Positions 14,518 through 28,399 of a stretch of DNA of 64,000 bases are shown one piece after another. The translations under genes were made by a program, and so were the position numbers. Position 1 is the first letter of the stretch, and each line of letters starts with the position of its first letter. Under the pieces are notes generated by a model. The model ran no database searches. It was not told the DNA's origin and saw only the letters and a program-made list of their open reading frames with translations. The stretch is from Octopus sinensis (Eukaryota), in assembly GCF_006345805.1 (NCBI RefSeq), contig NC_043010.1:25544001-25608000 (forward strand), read 5' to 3'.

Positions 14518-14906
14518 AGTACAGGTGAGTGTGTGTGTGTACATGTAGAGACACACTTCGTCGTCATCATTTTACATCCACTTCCATGATGACAGAGGTA
14601 GGGGTGGCTCAACAGGATCCAATGCATTGGTGATCCATGTCTCGTTCTGATGCCTCATTTTAAGGATGGCTTCTTCAGCTGGATGCCCTTCCTAACTAAC
14701 ACACATACTTCCATGTACACCCCAGAGGATCCAAGAAACTGGCCTTATGAACCTATGGCTTGAGATGGAGTTTGATCCTTTATGTGTGTGTGTGTGTGTG
14801 TGTATGTGTGCGTGCGAGTGTATAAATATATGTATATGTGTATATATATATAATATATATATATGATAATGGGTGTGTGTGTGTGTTTATATGTATGAAT
14901 ATATAT

Positions 14907-14938
<32 letters not shown>

Positions 14939-15191
14939 AAATTAGATTATCAATAAGTAATAATGGGAGGATGGTCTCGATATTTAGATGAAGTTGGCAG
15001 AAATCACAAACTGTTAAACAGCCTTACAATAGTTTAATGTTAACATATTCAACGTAATGTGTATTAACTTCAATTTTATGCATTTTAATTTTTTATTTCT
15101 TCTCTCTGGGTCCTGCATTCGAATTACTCCACAATTAACATTACCTTTAAATTTAACCACCGGCTTGACAAAGAAAAAAAAAAACGCTTAC

Positions 15192-16982
<1,791 letters not shown>

Positions 16983-17019
16983 CTAGTTAGGCGATCATAC
17001 AGATGTATGTAATGTATGC

Positions 17020-17070
<51 letters not shown>

Positions 17071-18137
17071 CGTGTGTGTGTATAATGGGCGGGGGCAGTT
17101 ATCTGTGCATTTCACGTCGTGTATGAATAACAAGCAATTCAATTAAAGAAAGACGGTGGGAGCGGTTGAGGGTAATAGGGGAAGGTTTAGTGGTTGTCGT
17201 TGCTGTTGGTAGTGGTTGGTGATGATGGTGGTGGCGGTTGTTGTTGTGGTGGTGGTGGTTGGCGCTGATGATTGACGGTGCTGGTGGTTGCGTAGGAGTT
17301 GATTTTAACTGGTGATCGATCAGTGAACAACTTTACTACTACTACCACCACTACTACTACTACTACTAGTGGTAGTAGAAGTAGCTACAGCAGCAGCAGT
17401 AGTAGTGGTGGTGGTGACGGTGCTACTTTTAAGCTTCGAACTTCGAGGTTCATTGGTGAGAAATTGACAGTTACAGATTAGTAAACGCTATAGAACGTTT
17501 CCTTGCGCTAAGTCAAAATTACAGAGAAATAAAGAAAGAAAGAAACAAATAAATTAACTAACAAATCACTGCCAAACGTTTGCCGCCGCCTCTCTCAACG
17601 GTGTAGAGTTTAAAGATATGTTTGTTATTTACTAATCACCGGGGAAAAAAAAGAACAGTTTTTTTTTGATAATCACAAGTTAACCGAAATTTAGTCTAAT
17701 CTGTAATACAAAGTAATTTCAAATTTCAAATTGCATGTTTTAGTTATAAACGAGACCATATGGAAACCATAACTTAAAAAAAGAAAAGAAAAGGCGAAAA
17801 AAAAAAGCTGTATAGTAACGAAGGCGGTTACTAAGAAACAGTGGGTGTGGTTTCCAATTGAGAACGGCAAAGCAGTTGAAGGGCGTGTCGAAAAAAGTTG
17901 TAGTAACTGTTTAATGACTATGTTATAGATGGAAACGGATAGTTGTGGATAGATAGTTTCATCCAAACAATCCAACGTGGAGGCGTTTTCTTATTCCTGT
18001 TTTTTTTTTCCTTTTCATTTAAACAAAAAAAAAAAGGAAGAAAATTATCATCCACCTTATTTTAATTTAAATTTCCCCCCCTTCCTACCAAGCTTTTCTT
18101 TTTTGCGCTTCCTCATTACCTGCCTTGTTGTTGCGTG

Positions 18138-18177
18138 TTACGTCACCAGTAATTGAGTACAGGAAAAAATGACGTCA
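18138..18177 (+). promoter_or_regulatory. Pair of CRE/ATF-type sites just upstream of the LCORL/E93 start codon
   Basis: TTACGTCA at 18138-18145 and the perfect palindrome TGACGTCA at 18170-18177, 14 nt before the ATG, in CpG-rich unique sequence. Confidence 0.45.
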
Positions 18178-18191
18178 GTGCGCGTGTCAAC

Positions 18192-18285
18192 ATGGTAGAT
18201 TGCGGAGGCTTACGGTGTGCTCAAGAAAGGCGCAGCTTTAAGAAAGAACTGCTATCATGGGGCAAGAAAATTCCAGTTTTGATCG
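18192..18285 (+). CDS. LCORL: First coding exon of an LCORL/LCOR / E93 (Eip93F, Mblk-1) family pipsqueak-HTH transcription factor
   Basis: ATG at 18192 (context tcaacATGg) gives MVDCGGLRCAQERRSFKKELLSWGKKIPVLI plus G of a split Gly, then a canonical donor G|GTGAGT at 18286. The peptide aligns by eye to the human LCORL N-terminus as I recall it, [25 protein letters not shown] (RCA.ERR.F..EL.SW.......G). No downstream exon was recognised in the window. Confidence 0.75.
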
Positions 18286-20163
18286 GTGAGTTAAATATAC
18301 GTGCATATGTGTTGTCGATATTGTGTAGTGATATATTTATCTAAAAATCTCAAAACAAAACAATAATAAGCAAAACACTAACAGACCATCTTTTTTGCGT
18401 TAACCCCTCTCCGTCCATAAACAAAAAAGAAAAACAAAAACTAGTGATCCTTAAGTTTCGCCTTTAAAACCCTTGGAAAAATTTTTTAGTGAAGATAAAA
18501 AGACTTTACGCGATTGAGTGATTGAAAGCATGTTTTTTCTCCTTCATAACTAAATGAGTAATTTTCTAAGTTCAAATTGCGAAAATTTCTTAAAAAAAAA
18601 AAAGAAAAAGGTTCAGGGAGACATTTTATTTATCCGAATAATTAACAATCGAACTGCTTTGGTAACTAAATTGTTTTGGGGAAGATAAAATTATTTTCTT
18701 GGAGTATTAAGATTTCTCTGTTTTCATTTTCTTTTCCTTTTTTAATAATACTTTCTGAAGTGCGTATTGGTCATCGTTCAGGATTGTTTTTCAAGTAAAA
18801 CTTACAGATCGACTAATTAAACCCCCTTTAAAATGGGGTGGGGGGTACTTTAAAATAAATAAAACCAACCAAAGAAGGAATTTCTAACACAGTAATTTAA
18901 TCTTCTGGAAATAGAGCAATTAAATTCGTCCTCAAATCACGTCCCATCGTCATTTTTTTAAAAAGGGAGGATACATTGGACAAAATAATCATAGATATAA
19001 TTTTTTAAAAAACGATAGGGTGGTCACGGCTGGAGGCTATATGTCTGCGTTACTTGGACTGACTTGTGGTTAAATTGCAATAATAATAACCAAACCACAA
19101 CGGGGATGGCAACTAGGTGATGGTAGACAGAATTTGGTCAGTAAAAATCTGGATAAATGGCACACGACAACTGAACGTTTCGCATTAGCTTTTCTCCTTT
19201 AAAAACATTTGGTTCGAGAAGGTTAAGAAAAATATAAAAGGTCTCCACAATTTAACATTACCGAATGTGTGTGTGTATGTATATATATTCAACTGGCTTT
19301 CTTTGTACTCTTTCCTTCTATATTATAGTTGGTATTTTATTTGGAGATATAAGGGTTAGCTTATATGTTTCTCTGTTTTCTGGTTGGAGAGAAAATTGTG
19401 CTATTGGTGCCAAACGTGGTCAGCACTCACTCTTGTCAAGCGATATGTACCATCTTTCTGTCCGCGTCCTCTCTCCCTCTCTCTCTCACCCACTCATTCA
19501 CCTATTCACTCACTCGCTCATTCACTATACTTTGGCTCTTTTACTTTCTCTTTCACTTTTACTTTCTTTTTCTCCTCTCTAAAATGTGTGTGTATGAAAT
19601 GCACATGTGGAAAACGTGCACATATGTATGTATGTATGTAAGTAAGTATGTATGTATGCATATATGTAAGTATGTATGCATGCATGCATGTATGTATGTA
19701 TGTTTGTATGCATATTTATATATATATGTATGCACGAATGTATGTATGAATGTATGTATGTATATTTGTATGTAAGAACAGAATTTGTTCCGGTTCTTCA
19801 CATTTCAAGTTCAAATCCCACCGATGTCAACTTTGCCTTCCATCTTTTCTGGGTCGATAAAACAATGTATTCCAGTCAAGTCCTGGAGTTCGATGATATC
19901 GACTAACTCGACTCCTCTCAAAAATTGTAGGCCCTTGAATCTAAATTATAAACCATTATCACTACTACTACTAGCAGCAGTAGAAGTGTTATTAGCATCA
20001 TTAAACTTTCTATATATCTTCTAAACAGCAAGAGATCGTCTACGAAACTGTCTTTTTGTTTTGTTTATCTGTTATTAGTGTTGTAAATAGTTACCAATGG
20101 TTTTGATCCTTTGTGTATGTATGCATGTGCCTATATACATATATCCATCTCTCTCTCTCTCTC

Positions 20164-20362
20164 GACCTCGTGTGTACCGTTGGCGATATTTTTCCCTCTG
20201 TCTTCCCTTCTCTGGATCTTTCCTTCTCCTATGTTTCCGACGAAGAGCTCCGCTCGAAACGTTAAACCCTCCTTCTTTCCTTCTTTCCTGAGCGTCCAAT
20301 AATACTATATTTGTTCCACGTCCTCGCGTTGTTGTGTTTTTTTTGTGCTTTCTTGTTTGGAT

Positions 20363-20366
<4 letters not shown>
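20164..20366 (+). mobile_element. About 200-bp PLE-derived element with hammerhead-like motif, copy 1
   Basis: Nearly identical to 29402-29600 (-) and 44970-45172 (+). Contains GTTT-CCGACGA-A-GAGC-TCC-GCTC-GAAA-CGTT-AAAC; the 3' end ...TTTGGATTAAC runs directly into (TA)n. Confidence 0.7.
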
Positions 20367-20422
<56 letters not shown>

Positions 20423-21214
20423 TATTTCGCGCTTTTAGTTGTTATTTGACGCCAGGTCAGTCTCAACCCTGATCGTACTCGTACAGACCTATGAATGATT
20501 AGAGGCATTCTAGCCGTGACCATACCGTGTTTGTTTTGGGTGGAGGAAATATCTAGGACTACATTATTTAGTGCGTGTCGGAGAGCAATAAAACAGTTTG
20601 CCATTTCTCACCATGAACAAAGATCGGACCAAGAAATTAAATTAAATTAATTAACTAAAGCATTGAAAAAAAAAAAAAATCAAACGAAAACTAGATATCT
20701 AGAGAATATTGATCGCTACTCACTAGTTCATACATGTCTTTGATCTTTCACATCTGTATTTGTAACTAAATTAAAGAAAAAACACATTGTTTTCTGTCTT
20801 CTAATTACTGACGATCTAAGTTTTAAAACAATACTTCACTTAATAACAGATGTTCCCGATAATAGATATGATATAACTTATATATAATATATATATATAT
20901 ATAATTATATATCTATTATATAATATATAGATAGATAGTAGGATCGATAGATAGATAGATAGATAGACAGACAGACAAGACAGCAGATAGATAGATATAC
21001 AATGTGTGTGTGTGAGAGACAGTTACTAGGAAATCGTGTTTTCCATTTTGTACAATATACTATACATATGTACATTAGCCACCTGCTAATATAGATAGCA
21101 TTTCGTTCGGTTTTCTACATCTTTTTTGATCTTCGCCCTAAAAGCCATAAGGTGGGAAATTATTAACTGTCCGAAATCGCTTCAAAACACAAAGCGTTGC
21201 CATGTTTTTTCTGT

Positions 21215-21257
<43 letters not shown>

Positions 21258-21262
21258 CGTAC

Positions 21263-21320
<58 letters not shown>

Positions 21321-21855
21321 TATATATATATCTATATACACACACATTGTCCCAGCTTTAGAAGAAAAGAACTTGTTTTAGTTTTGTTTTCGAATGTAAA
21401 GTCAAATACAATTCATAATGTTTATTTTTACTTTCATTTCATCCATTCATTCGAAACATACGTAAATTGTTTTTGTTTAGTTTTGTTGTGTATATATAAA
21501 CCTCCAGAAATCTTCGTCTTGTTTATCGAAGCCCTTATTTCTTTCCCCTTCCCCCATCATCACCCTGCATCTATGAAGGAGCGTTTATCGTAGTAGCCGC
21601 CGCTCGATCTCTTTGAAATAGCAGCTAAATTCCCTTCAAATCACAATCATGCCGTCTGATGAAGTAAAGACTTGGGATAATGTAGTTCTGGTTACAGAGG
21701 ATTAGAAGAAGAAGAAGAAGAAGAAGAAGAAGAAGAAGAAGAAGAAGAAAGGGTTGGTCACGGATAGAATATCTTTGACCCTAACTCTGTCTCGCTGGAT
21801 CTATGCGAACTGAACAATACCCTCCCCTCTCACACATTTTGTCTCTTTTAAAACT

Positions 21856-21870
21856 CGACGTCATTTCCTC
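21856..21870. promoter_or_regulatory. Overlapping ETS/CRE-like motif upstream of the candidate alternative first exon
   Basis: CGACGTCATTTCCTC; the reverse strand reads GAGGAAATGACGTCG, i.e. a GGAA core abutting TGACGTC. It is followed by a pyrimidine-rich leader. Confidence 0.3.
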
Positions 21871-21921
21871 GTAACCGAAAACTGTCCCCTCTTTTTTACT
21901 CACCCCTTCCTTCCCTTCTCA

Positions 21922-21954
<33 letters not shown>

Positions 21955-22089
21955 TCCATATCTGTCTCCTGTCGGAGATCAAGGCCTGCCAACTGTACAT
22001 GAACTGACGGTGTTGGCGAGCTCAGAGACAATTCATCAGATGTGCGTCTTGTTATTGCCCGCCGCAACCTTCCTCTTCCCCTTTCTCTC

Positions 22090-22135
22090 ATGAAATCCTG
22101 TGTTGCTGTTAATGGTGACTTGTACAAATCGATAT
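22090..22135 (+). CDS. Candidate alternative first coding exon of the same gene (MKSCVAVNGDLYKSI + phase-1 donor)
   Basis: First ATG after an in-frame stop near 21999, then 15 codons + 1 nt and donor T|GTATGT at 22136. The phase (1) is the same as exon 18192-18285. It lies in unique CpG-rich sequence downstream of a CRE/ETS-like motif. No homology recognised. Confidence 0.35.
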
Positions 22136-22342
22136 GTATGTATTTTTTTTTTGGGACGTGCAGCTTCGTCTCCAGTGTGCCAGTGGTGACCTAGTCTATG
22201 TTAATTAGCCGCCACTCTGGCTGATGCTCGGCTGAGGACTTTTGCTATTTCAAGTCTATGAGCGCCATCACTGGCCCCTCGCTTTTTGATGTTGCGCTTT
22301 GCTTTTAATTATTTACGCACCACGACCTTTCTCTATCCATCC

Positions 22343-22403
<61 letters not shown>

Positions 22404-22749
22404 CCTATCTACCTATCTATCTATGTGCAGCCCTGTGTGGCTAATAAAGAAACATATCTTTCTTTCTTTCTTTCTTTTTGTCTGTCTACCTGTCTATTTA
22501 TCTGTCCGTCTGTCTGTCTATCTATTTGTCGATCTATTATTTATTGACAAGATATTAAGAGAATCTACTCCCATATGCAGTGTTATTATCCATTCATCAC
22601 TAGCGGGAGCGCACCACTGTTTGTGTTATAAAAGTAACAAACACTTGATGTTTACTTAAATGCTTTGAGTCAAATTTCTTCAATGCAAAACGTTAGTGTA
22701 ACTAAAGATACTTTGTCTCGTTACTCCCATTTATTTAATAAGCGTGTGT

Positions 22750-22841
<92 letters not shown>

Positions 22842-22859
22842 ATATCTATATATTTATAT

Positions 22860-23044
22860 TCCATCTTTCAGTCATTAGACTGTGCCACGCTGGGCACCGC
22901 CTTGAATTTTTAGTCGAATGGATCGATCCCAGTACTTATTCTATCGATCATTTTTGCCGAACCGCTAAGTTAAGGCGATGCAAACACAGACAGAAAGACA
23001 CACGCACACAGATACATAGATAGATAGATGATAGATAGATAGAT

Positions 23045-23100
<56 letters not shown>

Positions 23101-23392
23101 TAGACACACACAGGTATGTATATATATATATATATTTAAGATGGGCTTCTTTCAGTTTCTGTCTACCAAATCCACTCACAAAGTAGAAATCTTCCCAAGT
23201 GGGACTGAACCCAGAGCCATGGGGTTGAAAAGGAAACTTCTTACCACACAGCCACACCTAAGTGTATATATGTATATGTATGTGTGTGACTTTTTATCTT
23301 TTACTTCTTTTGGTCATTAGACTGCGGTCAAGCTGGGGCACCACCTTGAACGGATTTAGTCGAACGATTTGACCCTAGTCCTTTCTTTTTAT

Positions 23393-23429
<37 letters not shown>

Positions 23430-23680
23430 ATCTTGGTACTTATTCTTTTGTTGCCTTTTGCCGAACCTCATATTATTACAGGAACGTAAACAAACCAACA
23501 CCGGTTGTCAAACAGTGGTGAGCACCAAACGCGCACGTGCACACACACACACACGCACACTCACACATACGCACTCACGCATACATACGATGGGCTTCTT
23601 TCAGTTTCCGTTTACTGTGCCTCACAGTTGGACTGAACCCAGAACCATGTGGTTTGAAATCAAACTTCTTACCACACATC
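22860..23680 (-). mobile_element. Two adjacent diverged family-A SINE copies with (AGAT)n and (CT)n internal tracts
   Basis: Tail (tcagtcattagactg) and head (cttcttaccacac) motifs occur twice, at about 22860-23250 and 23290-23680. Confidence 0.65.
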
Positions 23681-24185
23681 CCGTAATCAGAGGCGGTCCA
23701 TCTATGACAGTTCCCTCCTATTTCACACATAATGTATCAAGGATTACATTAACTAGTCTCTCTCTCCCCCCCTCTCTCTCTCTGTATGGTGTGATCCAAA
23801 AGAGATTTGCACAGGGGCCCTGACTTGGCTAGAATATTTTTTTCAAGCTGAAGTGTGAAAGATGTATTTCCAGTTCCAACTTTTAACAAAACGAACGGAA
23901 CAGGAACTGGTATTGTTAATCTATTTACTGGAAAGTTAACCTCATCTGGATTTGAACTTCAAACATGCTAAAGCAGCACAAGCAATGTTATGGCATTCAT
24001 GTCTAGCACTTTTAATAATTATTCCAAACTTGTCAATAATTAAGAATATAAAATTATTAATTAATACAGCTTCTTTATTGTTGTCGTTGTCTAGCTCCCA
24101 GTCAGCTTTGATCTAATAAACTTATCAAAAACATTCTATCCATGACCATCCTGTCTATAAAGGGTTATCTAAATCTCATCTAATG

Positions 24186-24434
24186 CGGTGGTTCTTAACT
24201 AGAGTCCATATGGCCCTTGTGGGGTTCATATAAGATTTTATGATTAAAATTTATCTGCAATAAATTGTTTATACTTCTAAAATACACAAAATTAAAAAAA
24301 AAAGTTTTCCAATCCTTAATAATATACATTTACAAATATACAGTAGAATTTTTTAATATACACTATGCAAGTCCAATAGAGCAAAATAGAATTCAAACGG
24401 GTTCAAAGGCAAAAGTTGGTTGAGAGTCACGCTG
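24186..24434. mobile_element. hAT-type MITE, same family as 50817-51099 in opposite orientation
   Basis: Termini cggtggttcttaac / gttgagagtcacgctg; degenerate 8-bp TSD atctaatg/atcttagg; interrupts another interspersed repeat. Confidence 0.55.
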
Positions 24435-25103
24435 ATCTTAGGTGTCTTTCCAGTTTTTAGGGTCATCTAAAACTACATAACCTAATGTGTTATGTCCTGT
24501 TTTTAGATGAGGTGAGTAGGGGGGATTTGAGGAAGATGTGGCTTCTATTTCTAACTAATTGAATAACACATACACAAGCTTCTTTGTTCACTCCTAGTTC
24601 ACTTGTTTAACAACCAGACACTGATTGTCTCATTTCCTTGTATGTATGTATGTATGTATGTGTGTATGTGTGTATGTGTGTATGTGTGTGTGTGTGTGTT
24701 TGTGTGTGTGTGTGCGTACGTACGTACATGAGGCTCCAACAATTGCGACTATAGAAGTTATTGTTAAGTATCTGTGCATGTGTGTGCATGTCTGTCGAAG
24801 CCTGCCTTTTCTTATGAGCTGACCTTCAAGCATTTAACCTAAACCCATCACTCACCCTCTAAGCAACAGATTGTCTTGTTAAAGCAACACTGGTGTATAC
24901 ATTTTTATGTATTTGTCTGCAATATTTTAATGCTAGAGGAAATACAATGCATCAAATTAAAACTAAAAATTATTTTGTTTTGCATTTTTTTCCTGAATTT
25001 TGGTGGTTTTTGAATTTCAAAGCTTTAAACTCAGTTCTTTGAGAAAGTATCTTGCAACCAATTTATGTAGAATTTCACCAAGTTATTTGTTTACTCTATC
25101 TTT

Positions 25104-25134
<31 letters not shown>

Positions 25135-25291
25135 CGCATGTGTGTGTGTGTGTGTTTGTGCCTGTTGCTTCCTCACCACTGCTTGACAAACAGTGTTGGT
25201 GTGTTTACATCCCTGTAACTTAGCAGTTCAGCCAAAGAGACTGAGATCAATTCATTTGACTAAAAATTATTCAAGTAAAAGATTAAAGATA

Positions 25292-25580
25292 TCTTTATAT
25301 ATAAAAGTGAAGTTGCGTGAGTGTCTGTCTCCTACGATTTAGATTCCTAACTACTCCCACATTTTGCGGTGCAGTTTAACCAAAAGCAAGTATCTTATAG
25401 TCGTGATTCATATCGAGCCCTTCTGGGTATTAGCGCGCGTCTACGACTTAAAAAAAATTTCCCATCATTTTTTCCCATTTTTAATTCCTTTTTTTTTGCT
25501 ATTTTTTGGCTACAACTCTCTAAAAATGCTTATATAGTTATTTCCCTTACAAACCCGAGCAACGCCGGGCGATACTACTA

Positions 25581-25581
<1 letters not shown>
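25292..25581 (+). mobile_element. Non-autonomous Helitron
   Basis: A|TCtttatatataaaag 5' end; 3' hairpin CCCGagcaacgcCGGG followed by CTAG|T. Inserted between A and T with no TSD. Confidence 0.75.
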
Positions 25582-25644
<63 letters not shown>

Positions 25645-25655
25645 ATATATATATA

Positions 25656-25698
<43 letters not shown>

Positions 25699-26057
25699 CG
25701 CAGGAGTGGCTGTGTGGTAAGTAGCTTGCTAACCAACCACATGGTTCCGGGTTCAGTCCCACTGCGTGGCATCTTGGGAAAGTGTCTTCTGCTATGGCCC
25801 CGGAAACTGAAAGAAGCCTGTCGTATATATGTACATATATATATGTGTGTATGCATATATGTGTGTATACATACATATATACATATATGTTTATACACAC
25901 ACATATATATATATGTGTGTGTGTATAAACATATATGTATATGTATGTATACACACATACATACATGCATGCAAACACACACATATAATTGTTTGTTTGT
26001 ACTCCACCTGCCTTCGTCTTTTGTTTATTTTCGTAAAGCTTCCCGTTATACATACAT

Positions 26058-26090
<33 letters not shown>

Positions 26091-26095
26091 TACAC

Positions 26096-26126
<31 letters not shown>

Positions 26127-26899
26127 ACATACGCACACATATACATTTCAATATCAACATAAAAAAAGTTGTAGTTATCGTTTAAGACCAGGTTAACTCT
26201 GATCAAATGAACCTAAAATTCAAAGGCATTTCAAACATCGTCGTCCCATGTTGCCTCACATGTTCATACACAGTTATCTCTAGAACTACATTATACAACG
26301 TGTCCTTGTCTTTATATATAAAACACAAGGGTTGTGATTATTGAGAGATTTAACTTTTCTTTCTAGCAGATCAAGCGAACATTATAGAGGCAACCTTGTT
26401 GACTCAGGCAACAAGCATAAAGGCAGCCGGCCGTGTGCTGTGCATAGAAATATAACAGTGACTGACATAATGTAGATTGGTGGTAAGCTCTTGTTTAAAG
26501 CTTTCCACCAGCTCCCTTTCCTTCAGGTGCTGTGGGACAGGTTGCCGTGGGACGCCAACACTACGTCTTGCCTCTCACTCTTTGTTGTCGCTGATGATAT
26601 CATATCTTTACAGCAAGCGGATAATCAATTATAGATTTTTCAGTGTGATTCTTTTGAACAGATTTCATGATATTAAACTGTGATATTTCAAATTTAGATT
26701 TCGTAGGAGTAAATTCTTTCATCAAAGTATATTCTTGAGAAGTATGTAAGAACATTACAATTTTAATAATTTTGTTTAACTAACTACTCTTTTCACTTAC
26801 TGTTCGGTTTATATTTGAGGTGATAACTGTAATCTATAATTTGCAATCGATTTGAATTATTAGTTAACTGGTTGCTAGGATATGTCCTTATTTTATTCA

Positions 26900-27260
26900 A
26901 TATTTATTTTTCTGTCGTTTGTCTTTATGTTCTGAGTTCAAATTCCGCCGAGGTCGACTTTGCCTTTCATCTTTTCGGGGTTACGCACTGGGGTCAATGT
27001 AAGCGACTTAATCCCTTTGTCTGTCCTTGTTTGTCCCCTTTCTGTTTAGCCCCATGTGAGCAATAAAGAAATAGATATTTATATTTCTGTCGTCTGTCTT
27101 TATGTTCTGAGTTCACATTTCGCCGAGGTCGACTTTGCCTTTCATCCTTTCGGGGTCGATTAAATAAGTACCAGTTGCATACAGGAGTCAATCTAATCGA
27201 TTGGTCTCCTTCCCAAAAATTTTGGGTCTTATGCCTAGAGTAGAAAAGAATATTTATATT
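26900..27260 (+). mobile_element. Tandem partial family-B SINEs with CpGs retained
   Basis: The unit tatttctgtcgt.tgtctttatgttctgagttca.att..cgccgaggtcgactttgcc occurs twice (about 26905 and 27080). Confidence 0.75.
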
Positions 27261-28399
27261 TCTGTGCGTTGATTTTGTTCTGAGAAAGACACAGCCATAT
27301 GCACATGAACACACCACACGTTGAGTTATCAGTAATTTTGAAATTTGATAATGTTTCTTGAAAGTATTGGAACAGTTGTAAGGTTAGGCTTGCTTCCCAA
27401 TCAAGTAGTTTTGGTTTCAGTCCCACCTCACATTACCTTGAGCAAGTGTTTTCTATCATAGCCCCGAAACCAACCAAAGCCTTGTGAATAAATTTGATAG
27501 ATGGAAACTGTGTGTGTGTGTGTATATAATTATAATTATTTGAGAGAATATTATTCCTCACTTACAGGGAAAAATTCAATTTAGAAATACTAAATCAAAT
27601 TTCACAAAATATAATATATATATATATAAATTAGAAAAACCACCTTTTATCAATTCAAAATGAACAATTAAATTACACCATCTAGAATATTACATATAAT
27701 AGAAATATTAAAATTAAAATAACAATAATATACCGATGATTAAATAAATTGCAAAATAATAAAAACGTATATATTTGATTAGTGACAGGAAAGGTACCCA
27801 ACAATAAAATGGTACCTCAATAATGCTTACATCTAACCCATGCGTGAGCAGTGTACAAGGTTTATAAAGAACGTACAAATTGTAAATGGAATGAATTTAC
27901 GGGGGGGGGGGCACCATGTACATTCTTTTACTTGTATCACTCAGATTGTGGCCATGCTGGTGCACCTATGTCTTTTTGCAGTGTAGGTGATTACATTGAA
28001 GTCCTCTACCCCTAGTACTTATTTCATTAATCTTGAAAGAATAAAAGGCATAATGGGCCTGGGTGAGATTTGAACTCAGAATGTAAAGAGCTGTAACCAA
28101 ATAGCACCATAAAGTATTTTGTCCTATGTCATTCCACTGATTCTACTATCCACCATCAGTGTTTATTTCTTAAACCTGATTAAATTACGTTGATCGACTG
28201 ATCAAAGCAAGAAGAAAAATATAACGAGATGCGATAAATATTCTACTACAGTACCAAGCTTAACCAAAACCTTGTGATTGGATTTGGTAGACAGAAACTG
28301 AAAGAATCCCATCTTGCATATATTTCCTTATCATTATTTTAATATCCACTTTTTCCATACAATATCTCAAAGCTTTAGAATTTAATATCAAAACATCTG

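Noticed and set aside
20454-22193. Nuclear-receptor half-sites (AGGTCA at about 20454, TGACCT at about 22187) as hormone-response elements by analogy with insect E93
   Set aside because: Isolated hexamers are expected by chance in 64 kb, and no paired IR/DR arrangement was seen.
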